Assembly (NCBI RefSeq): GCF_006345805.1
Contig: NC_043006.1
Location: 98,022,001-98,086,000 of the forward strand
Reading direction: 5' to 3'
Source: Octopus sinensis
Lineage: Eukaryota
DNA length: 64,000 bases
Shown: positions 54,856 to 64,000 of the stretch, one piece after another
Position numbering within the stretch: position 1 is the first letter of the stretch
Layout: each line of letters opens with the position of its first letter
The notes under the pieces: generated by a model
The model's input: only the letters and a program-made list of their open reading frames with translations
What the model was told of the DNA's origin: nothing
Database searches by the model: none
Position numbers and translations under genes: made by a program

Positions 54856-55109
54856 GCGGCGAGCTGGCAGAAACGTTAGCACGCCGGGCGAAATGCTTAG
54901 CGGTATTTCGTCTGACGCTACGTTCTGAGTTCAAATTCCGCCGAGGCCGACTTTGCCTTTCATCCTTTCGGGGTCGATAAATTAAGTACCAGTTACGCAC
55001 TGGGGTCAATATAATCGATTTAATATCTATGTCTGTCCTTGTTTGTCCCCTCTGTGTTTAGCCCCTTGTGGGTAATAAAGAAATAGGTATTTCGTCTGTC
55101 TTTAAGTTC
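54856..55109 (+). mobile_element. SINE family B (Tx1-like tail variant) plus the start of a second unit, between ~55-bp direct repeats
   Basis: Head gcggcgagctggcagaaacgttagc, B box gagttcaaattcc, tail gccccttgtgggtaataaagaaata|ggtatttcgtctgtc. Direct repeats at 54751-54810 and 55110-55163. Confidence 0.9.
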
Positions 55110-55194
55110 TCTTTTAAAATTCCTGGCATTGTGCCAAAATTAGTAACTACTGCTACTGCTACTAGATCAGTGTCTAAGTATGGATGCAGGTGTA

Positions 55195-55199
55195 TAATA

Positions 55200-55242
<43 letters not shown>

Positions 55243-55314
55243 CAACAACAATAATAATAATGATAAAAATAATAATAATAATAATGATGATGATGATGAT
55301 GATGATGATGATGT

Positions 55315-55349
<35 letters not shown>

Positions 55350-55431
55350 GTGGTGGTGTTGGTGGTGGTGGTGTTGGTGTTGGTGGTGGTGTTGGTGGTG
55401 TTGGTGTTGGTGGTGGTGGTGGTGGTGGTGG

Positions 55432-55477
<46 letters not shown>

Positions 55478-55490
55478 AATGATGATAATG

Positions 55491-55538
<48 letters not shown>
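55195..55538. repeat. Mirror-ordered compound microsatellite AAT-GAT-GGT-GAT-AAT
   Basis: Direct reading. Confidence 0.95.
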
Positions 55539-55540
<2 letters not shown>

Positions 55541-56507
55541 GGACTACTACATACTGTGAAAGGATTCAGTGATGATATCGGGATGGAGTTTGGCCTTGAA
55601 AAGTGTGCCAAAGTCACTTTTAAGAAATGGAAATTGGTAAAGTCAAGCTCAATCGAATTAGATGTCGAAACAGTAATAAAGGAACTTGAGCAGGAACAAA
55701 CCTATAAATACCTAGGAATAAATGAAGGTTATGAAGGAATGTTATAGAAGAGTTCTAGCAATCCTGAAGTCTGAGCTGAATGCATATAATAAGGTGTTAG
55801 CAGTACCAATTGTTCTTTATAGCTTCAATGTGCTTAACTGGAATACCAGTGAAATAATGCAAATTGACAGAAACCTCCAGGAGCTACTGACTTGTAATAA
55901 GATGCACCATCAAAAAGCAGAGGTGGATCATTTTTACCTTCCCAGAGCTCAGGGAGGTCGAGGTTTGATCCAGCTTGAACTTACATACAAAACCACCACA
56001 ATCGGACTGGCCAAATACCTTGAAGCAACCAACGATTGGATGCTAAAACTCGTTGAAAAACATGAAAGACTGAAAAGACTTCACTCTATTTTCAAAGAGA
56101 GCAAAAGATTCGCTGCTGATCTCTTAGATACCCACCAGATTGATCAGGCTGAAGGAAGTGCGCCAACTGCAGCTGCAAAGAAAATAAAATTAATTGCAAA
56201 GACAAAAGCACATGAAAATTTAGCTAGCATATGGGAACAGAAGCCTCTCCATGGCAAGTATGTGGTCCGTAGCAAACAAGCTGATGTCGACTACAAACAC
56301 ACGCACCAATGTTTACGAAGCTCAGGGCTAATATCCGAGAGTGAAGGTTTCATATTAGCTGCTCAAGACCAGAGCTTATTGACCCGGAACTACCAAGCCA
56401 ATGTGATAAAAAATGGAGCTGACTCAAAATCCCGATTCTGTAACAATGAGATTGAAATTATAGACCACCTAATCTCAGGGTGTAGAGTCTTAGCACCAGT
56501 AGAATAC
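55539..56507 (+). mobile_element. R4/Dong-clade RT-thumb/ZnF fragment truncated at both ends, fused to (TAA)n
   Basis: GLLHTVKGFSDDIGMEFGLEKCAK..YKYLGI..GGRGLIQLE..SEGFILAAQDQSLLTRNY..EIIDHLISGC. Confidence 0.9.
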
Positions 56508-56579
56508 GGAAGAAAATTTGAAGAAAGAAGGAAAATAATATTCTCGTTGCCAGGTACTTACATATGTACATACATATTT

Positions 56580-56877
56580 ACATGGGATTGCACCTAGAAA
56601 GTTACCCTCCTAGACACAAGTTCGGGCAAGGTTGTTTATGGAAGGCCAGCAGTCGCCCATGCATACCTGCCTCCCCTCTCCACGCCACCAGTGTTATCCA
56701 AGGGAAAGACAAAGGTCGATACAGCTTGGCTGCCAGTGACGTCGCAACTCATTTCTACAGCTGAGTGAACTGGAGCAACGTGAAATAAAGTGCCTTGCTC
56801 GAGAACACAACACGCAGCCCGGTCCGGGATTCGAGCTCACAACCTCACGATCGTATGCTCGACGCTCTAACCATTGA
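56580..56877 (-). mobile_element. SINE family D
   Basis: Head caatggttagagcgtcg..gctcgaatcccgg; core ctcgagcaaggcactttatttcacgttgctccagttcactcagc. Confidence 0.8.
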
Positions 56878-57325
56878 ATACATGCTTATATTCATAAATG
56901 TAAATATTTCTGTGAGTATGTGTGTAAGTATGGGTCTGTGATATCTGACATGCATAAACTCACTTTACGGGCGCCATAATTTCTATGTTTTATTAGTCCC
57001 TACCCATTTCGTTGGAAGAGTTATAATTCCGAAATACTGTACGTTTGTTTTCCGCGAGATTTATATCTTTATTTGCAACATCTTAATGTTTCAACAAGTT
57101 CAAAACATCCGGTTGGTATACACAACCCTGTACCATTATAATGAAATCTTTAATAGTTGTTTCATTTGAAAACATGTTAATAGTTTCGTACATGGGCTGC
57201 ATTTGAAATAAACTGAAAATTATTTCAACACATAATACATATTTACTAAATTCTGTTCAATGTTTTATTTAATGCGTAGTGGTCAGAATGGGATTTCGTA
57301 TATGCGATGATAAAAGTTGTTACTA

Positions 57326-57735
57326 GGCGCAGGAGTGGCTGTGTGGTAAGTAGCTTGCTAACCAACCACATGGTTCTGGGTTCAGTCCCACTGCGTGGCA
57401 TCTTGGGCAAGTGTCTTCTGCTATAGCCCCGGGCCGACCAATGCCTTGTGAGTGGATTTGGTAGACGGAAACTGAAAGAAGCCTGTCGTATATATGTTTA
57501 TATATGTAAGTGTGTGTGTTTATGTTTGTGTGCCTGTGTTTGTCCCCCTGGCATTGCTTGACAACCGATGATGGTGTGTTTACGTCCCCGTCACTTAGCG
57601 GTTCGGCAAAAGAGACCGATAGAATAAGTACAAGGAATAAGTCTCGGGGTCGATTTGCTCGACTAAAGGCGGTGCTCCAGCATGGCCGCAGTGAAATGAC
57701 TGAAACAAGTAAAAGAGTAAAAGAGTAAAAGAGAG
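57326..57735 (+). mobile_element. SINE family A, full length
   Basis: Colinear with the other copies. Confidence 0.9.
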
Positions 57736-58605
57736 TTATGTACTTTGTTTGAAAACTAAAATTTTGAAACTTGCAGTTGTTACTCATTCCAACTTTAAAA
57801 ACCTCATCAATGTTTTCCCTGCTCGTTTTCCCTATTAGTATCAAAGAATGTAATTCAAACACTGCATTGCTTTGCTCGAACGAGAAATAAAAATCGAAAG
57901 AAATCCTTGCATTACTCACACATGCTCTGACTTTTCAAATGTTTATGTCTAAGTCGTTAAGCACTCATCGCATCATAGTAAAAGAGACGCTAAGAATGAG
58001 TTTCAGGAACAAAGTATTGATTCTTGGAATGTCCGATCTCTTCAGAAAAGTGTTGCTTGTTTAAGGCTGAACGCTATTTCCCTCTATAGGTAAAAAAATT
58101 TGAGGATATAAATTGCGCATTGGCGGTAAGAATTTGGTCGGTTAGATCCTAAACAAATTGAATATGCATCTATGAGAAAAGCATCCTGAATATATACGTG
58201 ACTTTAGTTTGCGATAATATAAGATTGATATGATGTACACTTTAACGGTATAACATATATTTAAGAGACGGAAGAAAAATATTTAATTTTATATCCTTTC
58301 TGTGGAACTTCACATTGCTATCAATGCAGCTGACCAAAATAATAAAGCGGCATACACTGAGGAATGAGCTTAAGGAAAGTTTAAGTGTCTAATAACATGT
58401 TAAATGATATTATTTCCTTTCATGAAGATATGAAAACCGCAGTTAAATCTGGCAAAGAATCACCTATGATTTCAAAGTCAATAGCAAGAATGGAACCTGC
58501 GTGGCCCGATGTTTATCCCTAAGTTATGCCTGGTTACGGTTTTAATATATCCTAATGTGATTTATACGGCAATATATATCTTATCTGATCTGATAAACCA
58601 TTATT

Positions 58606-58720
58606 GTTTTCTATTCTAGGCACAAGCCTCGGGGGAATTCCAACTCAGAACGTAGCGGCAGACGAAATACTGCTAAGCATTTCGCCCGGCGTGCTGACGT
58701 TCCTGCCAGCTTGCTGCCTA
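58606..58720 (-). mobile_element. 115-bp internally deleted SINE B with 16-bp TSD
   Basis: TSD ctgataaaccattatt at 58590-58605 and 58721-58736; the head is joined directly to the tail cttgtgcctagaatagaaaac. Confidence 0.85.
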
Positions 58721-59364
58721 CTGATAAACCATTATTTTATTGCTTCTAATATATGACAATACAGAACGAAATTTGTCATTTTACTTCTTATAATAGGTTT
58801 TTGAATCTTACCTATAAACTCAGTGCAATCTTAATCAGTTTTACTTTATAACCTAAATTTTATTATAAAATATAATACAAAATCATATATTTTGAATGAA
58901 TTCCGAATCAGTATCAATAATTTCAACTTCCTTATCAAAATGCTAGTGAATATATATTATGTTTACAAAAATAATACAAGCACTTGGAATACTTGTAAAA
59001 CCTTATTAACGTGTATACAAGCATAAAACGGTAAGAAGGGAAATATTTTGTCTCGGAAACTTCTAAAAGAGACTTTGTATTAAACTTTTCGAAGAGAATT
59101 ACAAGCTGAAACATTTACGAAACCAAATTGCTATTGAAAAGAGCTCTATGTAAGCTAATCAAACGTTTTTAGTACCTCTAACTCTTAGACGTGTCTTTTG
59201 AAACGATATTTTGAAGACACTATTTTCAAAAACCAATATCCTTGTTTCAATCAGGCAGAAAATATTTTTAAATATCACGATTATTTACACGCCTCTGATT
59301 AAATATTCCTAATTTGTTGAATACACCCTTGTTTCTGCACCATTGATAGTTTCGTATGGTATTC

Positions 59365-59395
<31 letters not shown>

Positions 59396-59539
59396 CACAT
59401 ATACGCGTACACACACTTATAAATATATATAATCGTTTTTCTCTACTTCGATATAAAAAAAAGCGAAGTATCACAAATTTGAAGACAAAACAAATATCAC
59501 ACACTCTCACAGTCTTTCTCTATCTGTATTTACTCTATA

Positions 59540-59609
<70 letters not shown>

Positions 59610-59703
59610 CGCACAGACCTACACACAAACAGACATACATATATGCACATATGTGTGAGTATGTGAGAAAGTGTGTCAATGGAGAGATTCGTCAACTGTT
59701 TAA

Positions 59704-59746
<43 letters not shown>

Positions 59747-60489
59747 CATATATATTCCACCTCATATCAAGTGTCCTTTTATGCTTGTTAACAACAGGCA
59801 CACACGTACATTCGCCCACGTGTAGAAATTCTACAGTGTGTAGGATATATAATTCAGGGAAACTAAATGTTTATCTACCAATTCAAGTTTGAATAACTTA
59901 CATGTGTATGTATTCATGGCATAATATATACATTCATGTGTAAACATAATACACGTGCGTGGCAGTTATCTCTATGGAGATCATATAAAAATAATATTCA
60001 CAATAATAACAACCACAGAAATAATAGATCGTTGTAATTGTTGTAATCGATTAGCAATTTTGAGGGGATGGGTAAGTTGATCATGCTTACCTCAGTACTT
60101 GACTGGCAATTTATTTTATTCATGCCGAACGAACGAACAGGACAGTTGATCTAGGCGAAACACACGCTGCTAATGATTCTACTTGTCACGCTAATAATTC
60201 TAGCAGCTTGCGCTTTCTCAACAACAAGGATAATAATTATAGTAGACACACATCCAGCAGCTGGAGGGAGTATCTTAGTTGATTGCATTGCTTCTTGTAC
60301 TAGACCGGTACATAATATTGTTGAACGCTGAAGCATGAAAGACAAATTGGTCCCGAACTTGTTTTGAACTAAGAATGTAATGCAATTTTTCTGTATTTAA
60401 GCGACCCTTCCAATTCAACAACCTTTTGATAGCTTACTGCTTTACATAGAAAACAAGCAGTCTGAAGTGTGATGTAGCTAATCAATTAC

Positions 60490-61250
60490 AGTGGCCCCCA
60501 ACACTACATGGCATTTTATTCTATTGGACCAGAAATGATGAAATCTCAAGTTTACACCAGAAGCATTTGGTTTTTAATGTAGACACATAACAAGCAATGT
60601 TTAGGAGGTGGTGGTTAGGGACTCGATTCCATCGAAATCAATAATCAACAGAAATATGAAGTGCAAATTTGACCTTGATGGGACTTGAACTCAGACGAAG
60701 AATTGTATTCATTTTACCCATCATTTAAGAATTAATACTTTTAATGATCTATAATGGCGCATGAGTTTGTGCAAAGTACACAAGTGAACCATTAGAAAGA
60801 AATTTACGCAGCAGCCTGAAACTCAGAAGATTTTCATCGCAAAATGAACAATACAAATACTTCAAGCAAAGGCATTCATAAACGATGGGTGATTTCTTGG
60901 GAATATAAAGTTCCCAACGGGGATGTTAAGGGTTATAAATCGGCAATGAACTCTACATTAATTTTAAATTAACAACATCCGCCATATGCCTCACATAAGT
61001 GCGTTATAATTGTGGTGGGGAGCAGAATAGGTATCTATCTTTTCCAGTTGCTTACGTTCTTAGTTCAAAACATGTTCAGGACCAATAGGTATCCTCAAAC
61101 ACCACCTTCTAAAAATTGCTGATTATGTGTCTTGATTAGAAATCAAATGCTGCAGGTGTAAATTTTAGATTTCATCTTTTCTGGTCCAATAGAATAAGAT
61201 ACCATACAGTGTTGGGGCGACTGTCATTAATTAACTACATCATTCTTCAA
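60490..61250. mobile_element. Old SINE-B-like fragments in opposite orientations (60490-60550 minus; 61031-61250 plus)
   Basis: 60490-60550 is the inverted match of ~61170-61225; the second lies between 25-bp direct repeats. Confidence 0.6.
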
Positions 61251-61984
61251 ATAATTGTGGTGGGGAGCAGAATAGTTATTTAGGCGTCGGCAAAAATGTT
61301 GAATAAAATAACATAGAGAAATTATCCGCCAAAATGAAGGGTAAATATATAGTGTGGTTGGAGTGACTTCACACAAAATGTCAGTATACATGATCCACTG
61401 TCAGTACGAGTTTGATCCTCATTCTGTCCATAATCCTTTCGCAGCAAATTAATTGTTGGGTCATTTAGCTAAGCAATTTTCACCGCTGCGTCCCTCCTTG
61501 CAACTTATTTAGGTGGGTTTAGTCCTCCAAATCTTCTTTCACTTTCAGTTTCAATCGATACGTCATGGAGTTGAAGTATACATACTCGGCGAGGAAGAAA
61601 AGAGAATTTCTCCAGCAGCACACAACATCCTTGGCCACAACCGGTACAGGGATAAATTCTAACTGCGCTTACTCGCTTACTTGCTGATGTAAATGATGAA
61701 AAAGTAACAATAGTCGAAAATAATACTAAATCCAACGAGCCATTGTAATGGAAAGTTGAAAGCATGAAATTTTATAATTAAAGAAAAAGAACAATATTTA
61801 ATATAGTTAAGTAACAATCACAATCGCTGCAGCTTGTAGTTTATTGAAACTCTATTATATTTCGATATTGAAATGTTCAGATTTCTTATAAATGACATGA
61901 AGTTATAATTTCATTTTTAGTGTATGATGTCGAGAAAGGAATGCAGCTAGCAAAATTTAATTAAAATCTACATGCGTATATATA

Positions 61985-62026
<42 letters not shown>

Positions 62027-62029
62027 GTG

Positions 62030-62049
62030 TGTGTGTATGTGATTGTATG

Positions 62050-62083
<34 letters not shown>

Positions 62084-62095
62084 ATTGTATGTATG

Positions 62096-62127
<32 letters not shown>

Positions 62128-62207
62128 ATTGTATTTATGTATATATAGATATGTGTGTGTGTGTGTGATTGTATGTATATATATATGTGTGTGTGATTGT
62201 ATGTATG

Positions 62208-62244
<37 letters not shown>

Positions 62245-62260
62245 ATGTGATTGTATGTAT
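62030..62260. repeat. Higher-order minisatellite of (TG)n-ATTG-(TA)n blocks, 6 units
   Basis: The gattgtat anchor occurs at 62041, 62083, 62127, 62167, 62195 and 62249. Confidence 0.85.
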
Positions 62261-62662
62261 CTATGTATATATGTATGTATGTATGTAGTATGTATGTATG
62301 TGTGTTGTGCGTGCGAATATACATACGTTTGCATATATATATACGCATTGATAAGCATGTATATTTAATGATATAAAGGAGCCGAGTGCGTTTGTTTCGT
62401 TGTAATGTTAGTTCTCTATAATCAATATAGCTGTTTTGCCTTCTATACAAGCAGAGATCTTGATTTTAGCGCGGTCCTTACATGGGATCACAAATGAATC
62501 ATGTCGCAACCGAACACTTTCCAGTCCCAGGTCTAAATTATTGGTGATTGCCAACCACTGTCTCAATTAGGGGCTAAGATGTATAAGAGACTGGGTGCAG
62601 TGATGAATAACAAGCCATTTAAAAGAAAGTCCTTCCCAGCAAAACCTGTGAGGGCTAGGCAT

Positions 62663-63073
62663 ACTCTTTACTCTTTTACTGTTTTACTTGTTTCAATCAT
62701 TTGACTGCGGCCATGCTGGAGCACCGCCTTTAGTCGAGCAAATCGACCCCGGGACTTATTCTTTGTAAGCCCAGTACTTATTCTATCAGTGTCTTTTGCA
62801 GAACCACTAAGTGACGGGGACGTAAACACACCAGCATCGATTGTCATCAATGCTAGGGGGACAAACACAGACACACAAACACACACACATACATATATAT
62901 ATACATATATACGACAGGCTTCTTTCAGTTTCCGTCTACCAAATCCACTCACAAGGCATTGGTCGGCCCGGGGCTATAGCAGAAAACACTTGCCCAAGAT
63001 GCCACGCAGTGAGACTGAACCCAGACCCATGTAGTTGTTTAGCAAGCTACTTACCACACAGCCACTCCTGCGC
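62663..63073 (-). mobile_element. SINE family A
   Basis: Reverse complement of the family A copies. Confidence 0.9.
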
Positions 63074-63609
63074 ATATCTACTTTGTATCAGCAACCATCA
63101 GAAAAATTGGGTCTTAATAGATTTGTTTCCCCTAATAATTAAACTTTATTTCAATGTCAAACAATGTTTAACTCAACGACAGAAAACCTATACTTCCAGC
63201 GGTAGGATTTGGAAGGAATCATTTGATAGACATGTTGCTATGTTTCAAAGGAGAAGTCGGAGATGTCCTGTTTAGAACAAAGTACCTCTTGGTGGCTTAC
63301 ATATAAGGCACGCCACAGATATCGTTTCTTTAAACGGTATGACATCCCTAATTGCAATGACGGATGGTTTCGGCTCTACGCGCAGAGCACGGGATACAGC
63401 TATGAAGACATTCTTTCGCAAAAATGGGAAGCTGATTTATCTTTCAGGTACGACTGACCGATTTATTACGCGTTATTAATTAGTCATTGGTAAGTTGCAT
63501 GTAGAGGGATTCACAAGGCTGAATATTTCAACAGTGTTAAGCTGTAATCTGTGTTCATAGTGAATTTATCATGTAATGTGATTGAGTCAAATAATGCGCA
63601 GACCGAATT

Positions 63610-63960
63610 TATGAGTCTCATATGGCAACTTCTATCAGTTTGTCTATTTCAGTTTGGAGCACTTTTCCCTCTCACAGGATAAATCGCCGGATATTCGCAA
63701 GAGCATATGCCGAGACATTTATCCATTGTATCAGTAGTTCTTCTCCATATTTAGTATGTTTCTCTTGTTATCCCTGTGTTTCTCGGGTATAGTTTTGTAG
63801 TGTAGAATGCATATAGCACTTCCATGTAGTTGTCATCTTTCCACTGTTCTCTTTTGGTTTTGTTTTACGCTTGGGGAGTGACATCAGGAGAAGGGTCTGC
63901 CTGTTCTGAGCTAACATTTTTGCAGAACATCGTCTCTGGTTGTATGCAATTTTTTCTCGA
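63610..63960 (-). mobile_element. R4/Dong-type N-terminal coding fragment
   Basis: TKREQWKDDNYMEVLYAFYTTKLYP..TY*IWRR..AYALANIRRFIL..EIDKLIE. Confidence 0.65.
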
Positions 63961-64000
63961 GCACTTCATGCTCATAGATAAAAAGTTCGCCTTTATTTCA

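Noticed and set aside
55068-55747. Poly-N/D/G and poly-I/M/V ORFs, including the in-frame fusion to RT
   Set aside because: These are translations of trinucleotide microsatellites; two of three frames of (AAT)n are always open.
57323-57919. Recurring peptide RLLSVSVYQIHSQGIGRPG.. (also 25012-25269, 27061-27387, 62841-63275) as a gene family
   Set aside because: It is the antisense translation of SINE family A.

Overview
AT-rich, microsatellite-dense eukaryotic DNA with no host gene I can call confidently. The SINE repertoire and the (TA)/(TAA)/(CA) density suggest a coleoid cephalopod, probably Octopus (inference). Almost all recognisable sequence is transposon-derived. There are about 9 pieces of R4/Dong-clade non-LTR retrotransposons (RT, CCHC finger, restriction-like endonuclease), many fused to (TAA)n. 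There are four tRNA-headed SINE types (my labels A-D), a full-length DD34D mariner, a DD37D maT element with a nested SINE, Helitron derivatives, an RTE 3' end, and a Penelope-like fragment with a hammerhead ribozyme. The most interesting signal is a Tx1-related set. First, a 2.2 kb ORF1-only element (two RRM-like regions plus a CCHC knuckle; 'half-LINE') sits in the tRNA-like head of a SINE with a 15-bp target-site duplication (14139-16364). Second, an older Tx1 relic lacks its RT by internal deletion (30023-31030). Third, a SINE variant carries a similar 3' stem-loop plus AATAAAG tail and occurs as multimers joined inside SINE heads (24169-24774, 54856-55109). All long ORF-track hits made of poly-I/Y/N/D, or lying inside SINEs, are artefacts. 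Element boundaries were read by eye and are approximate unless TIRs or TSDs are quoted.
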